Below are positions 1 to 14,440 of a stretch of DNA of 64,000 nt, one piece after another. A model generated the notes under the pieces. It made no database searches. It was not told where the DNA came from and saw only the letters and a list, made by a program, of their open reading frames with translations. Within the stretch, counting starts at the first letter, position 1, and each line of letters starts with the position of its first letter. The translations under genes were made by a program, and so were the position numbers. The stretch covers positions 2,170,001-2,234,000 of the forward strand of contig OZ218963.1 of the NCBI GenBank assembly GCA_965112735.1, given 5' to 3'. The DNA is from Phaeosaccion multiseriatum (taxonomy: Eukaryota; Protista; Ochrophyta, other classes).

Positions 1-254
1 CCTGGAGATGGATTACAAAAGCATTGGTTCTTTTATAGAGGAATTAAGCTGGGAGAAGACGAATTGTCCACTCTTGCTTTTCGAGGCGGGGTGAAGAGAA
101 GGGAAGGGGGGGGAGTCTTTCATGGAGGGTGCCGCTCTCCGGTCAGCAGTGATGCGCTCTATTTGGCTGCGCCGCGCCCTTTGCCATGCTCCACACGACA
201 AACATCCTTGGAAGCTCACGACTTGCCCCAGCAAGCACAACATGGAGAACGGAC

Positions 255-494
255 CTGGCTTGTAGGGTCGTTGGGGTTCTTGGCGGCGATGGCCTCGAGC
301 TGCTTTAGCCGAGCAGTGCTGAATATCTTGCCGACAAAGGCCCGCTGCTGCTGCTGCTGGGCAGCTGCTCGTACTGAAGGCCACCCTCCCGTTCCCCCAA
401 CTCCCGCTACTGCGGCTGCCGCCCCACCTCTCCTCGTCGCTGCTGACGCTGCTGGTGCCACCCCCCCTCCGCGCCCCGCCAACCCGCGGAGCAT
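255..494 (-). CDS. First coding exon of a probable mitochondrial i-AAA protease (YME1/FtsH-like); gene probably continues off the left edge
   Basis: ATG at 494 gives MLRGLAGRGGG...RAFVGKIFSTARLKQLEAIAAKNPNDPTSQ, then a CAG|GTCCGT donor at 255/254. The Arg/Ala/Gly-rich start resembles a mitochondrial presequence. LxxLExxAxxNPxDxxxQ resembles the N-terminal motif of YME1-type proteases. The AAA and protease domains are not in the window. Confidence 0.45.
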
Positions 495-965
495 CTCAAC
501 AGGGCCCGCTACTTTTCGAGACGAGACGCACAAGGAGTAACCCTCTCCTGATTGCTTATTGCAAGGGCTTCTTTTCAGTAAAGAAGAATGAAGGGGAGGA
601 AGGGGGGTGGGGGAGGGAGAGAAGAGCGAAGGAACAGAGAATCGAAATCGAATAGTTTTCTCGACATCGAAACTTCCACTTCCTTTACGAGTCTATTTTT
701 CATTTTTTTTTTTTTTTTTTTTTATTTCCACCCTCTCTCGATCTCTCTCCCTGACAATGTACGATAAAAGTGTTGATAGCCACACCGAATTTGGGAAGAA
801 GACGTGTATTGAAGTAGTGCACTACGCACCCGTGGCCTAATATCCTACTCTGCTCCTATTACTGTGTGGCTTCACCCATGATACAGCGGGACACATGTAC
901 CAGGGCCAGGGCTTCAAGGGGCCACAGAACACCACAGGGGCTTCTCGTCAGCCTGCTAAAGTCGC

Positions 966-1865
966 TCACTTCTTCTCCTTCTTCGCGGCGATCTTAGCCT
1001 GTTTGGCGTCCCACTGAGCCTTCTTCTCGGGCGACATGGCGGCGATGCGCGCGTCCTTCGCCGCCTTCCACTCAGCCTTCTCCTCTGCGGTCATGTTCTT
1101 CCGCGCCTCGCGTCTCGCGGCCTTCCTCTCGGCCTTGCGCCTGTCCCGTCTCGCCTCGAAAGCCTCGAGCTCCTCGGGGGTCATGGCGGCAATCCTCGCC
1201 TCCCACGCCGCCGCGCGTGCGGCCCTCTCCTCGGGGGACTCGTTCTTCATGACCTCCATCCAGGCCTTTCGCCTCTCCTCTCTCTTTCCGTCCTTGTTGT
1301 CGTCGTTCTCGTCGTAGGAGGCGTCAGATCCCTCATCGGGCTCAGAGTCGGAGTCCTCCGCATCCTTGGCTGCCCTCCTTGCCTTCCTCTCCTCGGGCGT
1401 CAGCTTTCCACCTAGGTGCCCAAAGACAGGAATGAGGCAATGGGAAGTGGGGGGGCAGAGGCGGGAGTGGGGGGAGGGGGGGTGGAAAAGGCCAGGGGAA
1501 GGCCAGGGGAAGGGGAAGAAATATTCGCAAATTTTGGGCTGAGTCGACGAGCGAAGCGGTGATACTTCAAAGTTGTGCCAGGAGCCGCCGAGGAGTGTCA
1601 TCACACTCCGAATGGAAGGACCGAGGCACAGAGTTGACAGAGAGGGAGGGGTGCGAAGAAGGGGAAACCCAACACAAGTTTGCAAAGAACAGAACACTTC
1701 AAGGCAAAGGAAGGAAGGATGAGGAGCGGAGAGGAAACGCTGCACCGCTCCAAATGGCCACAAGCCCCGCCCTCCTGGTGCTGCTTCTGGGCTAGGGCCG
1801 GTACTACCACCGCCGCCGCCTCTGCCACCGCTTCCTCGCCCCTTCCTTTTCCGCGTGGATTCCAT
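966..1865 (-). CDS. Hypothetical highly charged helical protein with [LM][ST]PEE-type repeats (exon structure 5' of ~1411 uncertain)
   Basis: GC-rich coding-like 3' exon ~966-1411 (GGKLTPEERKARR...MTPEELEAF...MTAEEKAEW...MSPEKKAQW...KKEKK*). It is preceded on the minus strand by a pyrimidine-rich intron-like tract ending TAG. Candidate ATG at 1865, but I could not phase the upstream donor. Confidence 0.5.
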   Translation of the reverse strand: MESTRKRKGRGSGGRGGGGGSTGPSPEAAPGGRGLWPFGAVQRFLSAPHPSFLCLEVFCSLQTCVGFPLLRTPPSLSTLCLGPSIRSVMTLLGGSWHNFEVSPLRSSTQPKICEYFFPFPWPSPGLFHPPSPHSRLCPPTSHCLIPVFGHLGGKLTPEERKARRAAKDAEDSDSEPDEGSDASYDENDDNKDGKREERRKAWMEVMKNESPEERAARAAAWEARIAAMTPEELEAFEARRDRRKAERKAARREARKNMTAEEKAEWKAAKDARIAAMSPEKKAQWDAKQAKIAAKKEKK

Positions 1866-2249
1866 TTTCACTCAAAGATACGGGCGAGTCAACAAAAAGC
1901 CTCTTCACCAGTTGTATACCCTCTTCCACCTCTTTTCCTCGCCCACAGCCCCGCGGGCTCACCTGGCATGATGTCTTGAGTGGTAAAGTCTGGAAGTTCT
2001 CGGTCTCGTGAAGTTGTGAGAGCAAGATTACAAAGTGCAACAGATGAGAGAACCGCCGACCCCCCGGGGTCGAGGTGCATATTTTAAGGCAACGAACTAG
2101 TTTGAATGTAAGATTGACATCCTCGATTCCTGCCCCTTCTCGGCCACAGGATTGGTCGGTGTGGTATCTTACAGAGCTATACCTCAAAGCACGCTCCTGC
2201 GCCAGCCCCACCCCGCCTCTCCATTTATCCCCCCCCCCTCTCCCTTAAG

Positions 2250-5469
<3,220 letters not shown>

Positions 5470-5582
5470 ATGGTTACAATCCATAGAGAAGGAGGGCGTA
5501 GGGCTTGAAGAGGAGAGAGGGAGGGATATGGGAACTGTATGGAGGATTAGGAGTATGCGCAATGGCGCATTGTTCGACATTG

Positions 5583-5807
5583 TCGACCCCTGATGCGCTA
5601 TTGAGCTATCGCCGATAGCTGCGCTTTTGGCAAGCAACAATAGCTGATATGTGCCGTCTGACACTGGCAAGACGCTAGGAGGCTAGCTCAATCATGTCTA
5701 ATCGTCAGAGGCGCAATAGCTGAGGGGGGGGGGGTCGGGGCGGGAATAGCTGATAGCGTGCCCTGGCGCCGGCGATAGCAATAGCTCAATAGCGCATCAG
5801 GGGTCGA
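5583..5807. mobile_element. MITE-like non-autonomous DNA transposon with perfect terminal inverted repeats
   Basis: 5583-5609 TCGACCCCTGATGCGCTATTGAGCTAT is the exact reverse complement of 5781-5807. It can be read as a TCGA target duplication + 23-bp TIR starting CCCC. AATAGCTGA is repeated internally. No convincing coding content; lies between two genes. Confidence 0.7.
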
Positions 5808-6001
5808 GCAATGGGGGTTAAAGCCCCTGGGAGCTGAAACTATAAATCAAAATGGAGTTGTGTTTTTTTGAAGGGGAGAAATAAATGTGGGCCTTCCCCC
5901 CAGCCTTTTCCAAGCTCTTTTCTTCGCGTGTTGGTAGTACTGTACTTCCCATGTTTTTTTTATTGCCAACGGCAATTTTGATGTTTTGAGGCAGAGAACA
6001 C

Positions 6002-9000
6002 ATGCAAAAGCAAACCAGAATGAAAAAAAAGCAGCACCAGCAGCATCATGGGAGGGGGGGGGGTGCTTCCTTGCTTACCACCGCCCTTGTCGTTGCAGCG
6101 AGTCTTGGCAGCCTCTGCGTGGAGGGCAGCAACCCCCCTCCTCCCTCTTCTCCATGTTCCCTCACCTTGACAGTCACGTCCTCTCAAATTCACGCAAGCG
6201 CGTGCAACAGCGAACAGCAGGTCGGCTGTATCGCGCGCCTCCCAGATCACTACATCGTGGCCACTCTCGGAGGGCAGCAGCAAAGCGTCGCGGCAGAGAC
6301 CAATCAGGTGGGGTACAGAAGGTTGGATTGCCTTCTCTCATTTTCGCTGTGCTTACCTCTTCTCTCCCCTTTCTCTCCCATTCTTCCTCTTTCTCTTTCT
6401 TGCTGCGTTTGCCTGTGCGTATATGTATCTCTCTTTATCTTCTTGCGTGCGTGTGCGCATAGGTGCTGGTGGAGTGGAGTGCCGAAGAAAATGACACGGT
6501 GCATTTCAACTGCCCCGACGGCCTTGACGAGGAGGACGACCATCTCATTGTGGAGGTGAGACATGTGGTCTGAGTGCTCTTGTCATGACTGATTGTCTAG
6601 TGCTTTACTTGCATCTCCATTTCTTCCCCTGGGTTCCGTCTTCGTCTCGCGTCGGTGATGCGTACCTTTCGTGCGTGCTGCGCAGCTGGTGGATGACAAC
6701 GTCGTGGGTTTCCTCGACGGAGACGATGCTGTGAAAGTCACATGCACCGTGTCAGAGTGGAGGCAGGAGGAGGCGACGTTAGTGTGCGGGGGAGAGGATG
6801 GGACGGAGGGGAGTGAGGAGGACGACTACGTGGCTTTCACACTCGTCTTCACCCCCGCTGTGGAGCCCGAGGAGGAGACCAACACCTCCAGGTCAGAGCA
6901 GCATAGAGTAGACACACTATACACATGCCCCGGCAGCGCTTTCTCGCATTGCTCTCAACCCACCACCCCTCATGCGTAGGCTCACACGAATGCCATCTCC
7001 CCTCCCCCCCCATTGCACTCTCCACTACCCCCTCCCACTTTCCCCCACAGCGCCACCAGCGACGAAAGCACCACGACTGCTCCAGATGAGGAGGAGGAAG
7101 AAGAAGATTCCACAGCTGGAACAACTACTGACGAAGCAGAAGAGACTGAGGAGGAGGAAGCTACCTCGGATGCGACTTCTGAGGATGGCGCTGAAGAGGA
7201 GACGACAGAAGAAGGAGGACAAGAAGAATATTCCACATCTGGAACGACAACTGACGAAGTAGACGAGGAGGAGGACGAGGAGGAGGAGGAATCTACATCG
7301 GATGCGACTTCTGAGGACAATGCTGAAGAGGAGACGACAGAAGAAGCAGTAGCAGAAGATTCCACAGCTGCAACGACTGCTGACGAAACAGGGGAGGAGG
7401 AGGAAGCTACCTCGGAAGCGGCTTCTGAGGAGAGCACTGAAGAGCAGACGACAGAAGAAGCAGGACAAGAAGCAGATTCCGAAGAAGGAACGACTACTGA
7501 TGAAACAGGCGAGGAGGAGGAGGAGGAGGAGGAGGAAGAAGGTGCCTCGGATGCGACTTCTGCTGAGGACAGCGCTGAAGGGGAGACGACAGAAGAAGCA
7601 GCAGTGGCAGAGGAGGATGAGGATTCCACAGCTGAAACGGCTGCTAACGAAACAGGGGAGGAGGAGGAACCTACCTCGGATGCGACTTCTGGGGACAATC
7701 CTGAAGAGGAGACGACTGAAAAAGATTCCACAGCTGGAACGACTGCTGACGAAGCAGGCGAGGAGGAGGAGGAAGCTGCCTCGGATGCGACTTCTGAGGA
7801 GGGCGCTGAAGAGGAGACGACAGAAGAAGCAGCGGCAGAAGGAGAAATCGAAACAGAACAGGAGGAGGAGGAAGTTGCCTCGGATGCGGCTTCTGAGGAG
7901 AGCACTGAAGAGCAGACGACAGAAGAAGATTCCACAGCTGGAACGACTACAGACCAAGCAGACGAGGAGGAGGAGGAGGAGGAAGGTGCCTCGGATGCGA
8001 CTTCTGCTGAGGACAGCGCTGAAGAGGAGATGGCCGACGCCAGTACTACGGAGGAGGCGAGCGGCGGAACCGACGAGAATACCTCTGAGGCAGCCGAGGA
8101 GGACGCGAGTGAAACAAGCATTGAGGTGACGACCTCGGACGAAGGTTTGGCCGCAACAAGCATGGAAGAGGATGAGGCACCGCTTTTGACGACGCAACCC
8201 TTCACCATAGTCTACAGTGACGCTCCGCAAAAGGTCCGTCCACCACCCTGACCCTTGTTTGTGTGTGACTCTCATCTGTGACTCCCTTGTTCGCCTCTCC
8301 TTTCACTTGTTGGTGTGGCGTGCTCATGCTAATGTCACGTCCCCCCTCCCCCCTTCTCGAAACAATCAACCTTTCAGGTGCTGCTGTCCGTGTTCCGTCT
8401 GGACCCTGAGGGCTGCCATCTGGACGGGGTGCAGGTGTTCGACACGCCGACGACAGAGGAGGTACGACTGCCTCTCTCTCTTCCTCTCTCCCCCTCCCCC
8501 TCTCTCTCTCCCACTCCCTCGTACAGATGCGCGTGTGTGCACATACAGGACTCTTTCACGGCATTGGAAGCATATGGGGACTCTCTTTGTAGCTGTCCCT
8601 TGAAATGAGGGAGGGCAGGGGGCGAATAAGGACAACCGATGTTAAGCCTATCTTCTCCACTCACCCCTTCCGCCCTTCTTTTCCCTCTCCTCCTCCTCAT
8701 CATCATCATCATTAAACGCGCCCTCAGACGGAGGAGTCATTTCCCGAGCTACTCCAGCTGCAGACATTCGCTGGCGAGGCCACAGCAGACGAGCTCAAGA
8801 AGGTAGGTCCTTTCCCGTGACGCCCTATCTCAGAAGCTACTCGGGGGATTCGATCTCTCACAGTGCTACGCTTGGTGTTCTGCTCTGCTCCACTCTGCTG
8901 TGGTGTGCTGTGTCACTAACTGCTGTGCTGTGCTTCGTAGGACTCGTGTGGCTCTGACTTTTCGGCCGTTGCCGGACAAGGCTGCAGCTCTCTGCGCTCC

Positions 9001-9152
9001 TTTGAATGGCAGGTGGCCCAGCATGGTGGGAGTTCCAACCTTGACACGATCAGCACCGTGACTTTCGAGACCGAGTGTGAGGAGGGAGATGCTGCTGCTG
9101 CTGCGGGCAGGAGGAGCCTGAGGGGAGCAGGGCGGCAGCTGGAGCAGGTGTG

Positions 9153-9186
<34 letters not shown>

Positions 9187-12100
9187 AAGTTTGTGAGAGA
9201 GAGAGAGCCAGGGCAAGAGGGGGTGAGAGAAGGGCCTTGTTACTGATCTTTTTACTCGTCCGGTGGGGGGCTCTTGCGCTTGCCGTGCCCTTGCCCCGTC
9301 CATCCACGTCCAGGCCTTGAGCTTTGCTGCAGGGGCAGGGGGTGAGACAGCCGTTCTGTGCAACGACGGAAGCACCTTCCTCTCCGTCGCCACCTCCTCG
9401 CCAGCAGGTATCGTAGAACGGGGAGGGAAACGTGGCCTGGATAGAGGGTGTAAGAAGTGCATATTGTAGGGACAGACAGAGAGAGCAAACTTCTACTTTG
9501 CGCGCGCCCCACCCCGTCTCTCTCCAGCCGAAACAACATACGCTGCAGGTGGCAAGGAAGCCTCCAATGGCGGCGATTTGCCCTACACTGTCGTGTATGC
9601 CACCAAGGCGGCCCCGGGCTTTGAGGCTGCCGTCAAGGGGCTTGACGGGGTCACAATCACCCCTTACTGCAAATCAACATTCCCCGAGGTGATCCACATA
9701 GATCAGTACAAAGCGAGTGTCGATCTGGACACGGCTGACTCTGCCACTCTTCCTTCTGTGCTTCTTTCAGTAGACGGCTGGCACGGATGCAGGAAAGAGG
9801 GAAGGGGAGGAAATGGAGGAGTTTTTGGTGGTTTGGAGGTTTCGCATTCTCTGGGAGATGACATGTGTCGGGGTCTGAGCGACCCAAACGCGGGGCAGGG
9901 CAGCAGAAGCGGGCTGTGTATGTGATGTGGTCGGGTTCAATCAAAAGAGTGTACGTAACACGACCTAGCCACACTCTCCACCCTTTCTCCCACAGCATAC
10001 ACAATACCCGAGACGCCCTCCCCTCCCGTCCTATCCCATCCTTGTGCTAACCTGCCACGCTTTACTGCACGCTCTCCTACATGCCTTCCTCCCTCCCTCG
10101 CTTGCTTGTTGGTTTCGCTTCCTTCTGGCAGGCGGTCACCGCCATCCTGACCGAGGGGCCCGAAGCGATTGTCCAAAACGCCAACAACAAGGAACCGCAA
10201 GCAGAGGGCGACAAGAGCAAGGGCAAGGGCAAGGTGGTAAGTTTCTTGCCTCACCTGGGTATGACACAGACAGAGAGCGATCACACCGCCTGTTGGGTAG
10301 GGGAGATACCTCTTTTTCTTTTACCCTCTCTACACTCGCAGCTGAATACATGAAGGAATAAATGTGTTTGTTTGTGTGTGCGATACGTGTCTCCGTGTGC
10401 AGTTTGGCAAGGGTCCGGTCCTGTACGCGATTCTTGCGGTCGGTGCGGCGGTGGCGCTGCTTTCCTGTGTCGTGCTCAAGAGGAGAGCAGTCTCCAAGGC
10501 AAGCAGCGCGAGGGACCAGGCCGGGGCTCAAGGTGGGTGTGGCTTGTGGGTTGCATCATTGGGCAGCCTGTACAGCAGTAGTGATGTGTGAGGGGACTTG
10601 GGTGCATACCTGCGTGTGCGCCTCTCCCAACCAATGCTCCGATGATCTTCTTGTCTTATGCTCCACTGTGCACCATCTGCTACAACCTCTCTCTGTACCA
10701 CCCCCCCCCCCCCACGTACGACCACACTGCGTTTGTCTTTCTCTCACGCGACAGACGAAGAAACTAACAACTTTGACTCTATCAAGGCGCCCGTCTCCGG
10801 AAGCGTAAGTGCCCTCCTCCGAGCGTCAAGTCTTTCCCGTCCACGATACGACGATAGCAGTCGTTAGTGCCTCTCCTTGAGCGCTGTTTCTCACTCCCCT
10901 TCCCTCTTATACTCCTTTTTCACAGATGATCGGCTTTGGCTCCAGTCAGCAGGAGAAGGAGGGCGGCAGCAACAGCAACAACAGCAGCATTGAGATTACA
11001 CTCCCCCCGGGCGGTGCCTTTGGAACGGCAGACAACAGTCCTGCACTACAACTCGATGCTCACTCCAATGCCTCCACAGGCCACTCAGGCTTCGCCCCAC
11101 CCTCCGCCAGCAGCAGCGGCAGGAGCGCTCAGAGAGTGTCCAGTGTTCCTGAGGCCGTCAGTGCCGCACTAAGCCCAACGGGTGAGCACGACTTCGACTT
11201 CGAGCAAGAGGAGGAAGAGCAGGAGGAGCAGGAAAAGGGGCAGCAGCGGAAGAAGGCTTCTGAGAGTCAGACCAGGTAAGACACACGACCTGTTCATTCC
11301 GCCGGTGTCTCGCTCTGTCTCCCTCCTTCCTGACTCGCTCTGACTCTTCCCTCCCTCCCTCTCCCGTCTTGCTTCGTTGCCCCGGCCTTTTTTTAACAAT
11401 CCTTTTCAGCGCCGCCTTCGACAACGGAAGTGGCATCTTCAGTGAAGTGTACAGACCGGAGGCGCAGCACATGATGTCTGACACTTGCGTCAGTTATGAG
11501 GGGAGCGACCTGGAGGTGAGTAATCACTTCATCACTTGGACAGGGAGGGCCCTCACTTACTCACTCACTCACGCACTGCACACCCCCTCACTAAACTCTC
11601 TTCCCTTTTTCTCGTAATCGCGTGTGCCTCCTCTCTCCCTCTTCTCACTCTTATAGGACGACGATTTCAGCGTGGCATCCTCCCATGATGAGTCCACCTA
11701 CTTTGGCGACGACGACGAGGACTCAGTCTTCTCCAGCCCGGGTAACTCACCCAAGACCTCGGCCTCACGCTTGTCTCGAAGCAGCAAGGGGAGGCACAAC
11801 AGGACCAAGGACTCGCAGCTCGGAGTCTCGCTGGGGTCTGTTGACTCCAATGCCCTCCAGGTGAGCGAAGGAGAGGGAGAGGAGGAAGAGGGGGGGTGGT
11901 GGTGGTTCGAGCAGAAGGAGTATGATAGATGGTGGGGGAAGGAGGGAGAGAAGGACGGAGGGAGGTAGGGAGGGAGGACGGAGGGAGGGAGCGAGCGATG
12001 GAGCTGGAGGGAGGGGAGAAAAAGTGTGATTGGGAGGCGCGGCCAGGATCCGATGGATTGAAGCGTCGGAGGTTTCACCCCCTCCGCCTTCAACAGCCGA

Positions 12101-13638
12101 AAACAATGCCAAAACGACTTTTGATTCGAATCGTGATGCTTTTGGGCGTGCCTCCGAAGTGCTTCTGGCGCGTAAATACCAAAAGAGATCGTACCGCCCT
12201 GCTCTGTACTTGTTGCAACAACATGGCCTCTCTCAACAGATGGCACTGCGACCACCGAAGAAGGGCGTCGCCGCGGGAGGAGTGGCGACCCGTGAGGCCA
12301 TCGTCGGCAGCAACATGGCACGCGCAGGAGGAGACAGAGTGGGGGGCGGGACCCTGACCCTCGCCTCGCCCACTGGAAGGGCTCCTCGTGCTCCACGCAC
12401 CGGTACCATCGGGAAGCGTGGCGAAAAGGCGTCAGCAACGGCACCAGCAGCACCAGCAGCAGCGTTGGCAGCAGCGGGAGCATCAGCACAGCTCGGCAGC
12501 GTCTCCAACACCGATAAGCCCGGTACACTCCGCATGCTCGACACCAACGGGGGTCAGAGCACGGGCTTCTTCGGCTCCCTGGGGAGGGGTACGATGGGTA
12601 CTGAGGCCTCAGGTGCGGTGTGTGGGGAGGAGGCAGTGGGTGGTAGTGGTGGTGGTGGCGGTGGTTCCAGCTGGCGTCAACGTCTGCAGTGATCGTTTTG
12701 TGGAGAGACCCGTGCATGCATGTCGAGTTCGAGAATACATGCCTTGTTGCATGTGAGTGTACGTGTGTGCGTGCGTGCGTGCGCGAATGGGAAAGCACAC
12801 ACACAACACACAAGTCTTGCCCCTCATGGCCCCTCTTGTCTCTTGTCTTGCCCCTCTGTGAATACATGCACATGCATTGATTTCGATGGGTCCTCAGACG
12901 CAGGAGGAACGGGGTTCTGGGACAATCTCTCTCCTCTCAACGACGCCACAGGAAACAACATCAATAATCTTGCCCCTTCCGGTAAGCCGTTGCAGACACT
13001 GACGTAGTGACCAGGGGGGGGGGTGGGAATTTGGGTTGAAGTTGAAGTTGAGGCTCTGGATCGGGATTCCCCTTCTGTAGAGTTGGGTGTGATGGCGCGA
13101 GGAAGTCATTTCTTCTCTGTTCTCCTCTCCCCGCCGCATCACTCTCCTTGTTCAGTCAGACAGAAATTGAAGTGCTCAACAAGGCTCAACAAGTGTTTTT
13201 TGTTGACTCCTACAACCCCTGCTCTGAGCTGCAGTGTGGGTTACTCTCCATCCCTCTCCCCCTCCCCCGCTCCTACCCTGCCCTACGCACGGCACTGCTT
13301 TCAGTTGCCCTGAAAGCAGATATGCCGCAAAGGAAGCCCTCCCTCCCTTCCGCAGAACGGCCCCTTTGTCAACGCTCCTCATGTTTAGCACACAACATGT
13401 ATTTTTTGTCCTCTTCCAATGAACGAATCAATGAACTGGTACCCTTTCCTCTTTGTCCTCTGCTGCTGTTGTTGTTCCTCTGTGGGCACACCGTTCTCTT
13501 CTCCGAGTAGGCGGCTTCAAGGTGTGGATGAACACCGTTGGCAACAAGAGCGACGAAGACGACGACGACGACGACAACGAGGATAATATGATGACATCAG
13601 AGGCGACCTTGAGCAAAACTCTCGACTCCTTCGACTAA
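6002..13638 (+). CDS. Predicted type-I single-pass membrane protein: signal peptide, C2-like domain, acidic E/T/S tandem repeats, Cys-containing ectodomain, TM helix, Ser/Asp-rich tail (multi-exon)
   Basis: Exons 6002-6307, 6463-6555, 6686-6891, 7051-8233 and further GT-AG exons, ending in exon 13511-13638 (..LSKTLDSFD*). Signal-like SLLTTALVVAASLGSLCVEG. TM VLYAILAVGAAVALLSCVVL followed by KRR (~10415-10485). Exon choice between ~11900 and 13500 is less certain. Confidence 0.7.
7051..8233 (+). repeat. Coding minisatellite: about 8 imperfect ~35-48 aa acidic units (EDSTAGTTTDE..EEEE..SDATSE..AEEETTEE)
   Basis: Recurrent DNA cores CTCGGATGCGACTTCTG, GATTCCACAGCTG and GAAGAGGAGACGACAGAAGAAG within one large exon. 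Confidence 0.9.
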
Positions 13639-14440
13639 CTGGAATGTAATCGGAGGATACATGCAAAGAGAGGAGAGGGAGAGAGAGAATGGAGATGCTT
13701 GGCGGTGGAGAAGGAAGGAAGCCTGGCTTGGGTGGAGAAGAGAAGAGCCTGCGTGAGTAAGTATGTGAGTGTGAATGAGTGAGTGAGTATATGTGTGCGT
13801 GCGCATGTCTGTGTGCATGTCTGTGTAGACCTAGGGGACAAGGGTGAATGAGGTCAAGCCTCACTCTCTACTCGACCGAGTTCTTTTTGCAGCCTGTGAA
13901 GCAGCTTCACTTGCGCGTGTTGGCTTCTCCCCCCCCCCCCCCGGGGATCACAAAGGAGTGTGTGTGTGTGTGTGTGGAGGATGCGTGGTCAGCGAACGAT
14001 TTTACTCGTTATGTTCAACTTACTTTACTTTGCGGGCTGCAGGGAAATGCGCCATGCTGCAGGGTGGTAGATATCCGCGCCCCCCCCCCCCTGTTGCTGC
14101 TGCAGCTGCTGCTGCTTGCTATTGCTGCCGAGTACCGGAGCACAGCCAGACAGCCAGCGCGCTACTCAGTGTTATGCCATAATTATACTTTCAATAGAGG
14201 GACGTGGGCCGAAGACGTAAGGCACTTTTGAGTCGGTCTGAGTGTGTCAGGCCTGCCAGGCCTGCCTCGGAGTTGCGAACGTTTCTGAAGTCAACAAGGG
14301 ATAACGACCATACAGTGCCATCGCGACCCAACGGGCGCCGATTATCGGGTGCCCCTGACTTCCAGACTTCGCCCATGTCCTGCTTGCCCGGCCTAGCAGC
14401 AGAACCACGAGGAGAAGAGGGAAGCTGATAACCCCAGGCC

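Noticed and set aside
6982-8275. Long antisense ORFs (Ser-rich 408 aa; Leu/Phe/Cys-rich 416 aa) and the Arg-rich +frame ORF 7500-8129
   Set aside because: Shadows of the stop-poor acidic repeat exon; splice sites support only the Glu/Thr frame.
11698-12873. 391-aa minus-strand ORF
   Set aside because: Overlaps plus-strand exons and introns of the membrane-protein gene; low complexity and no domain.
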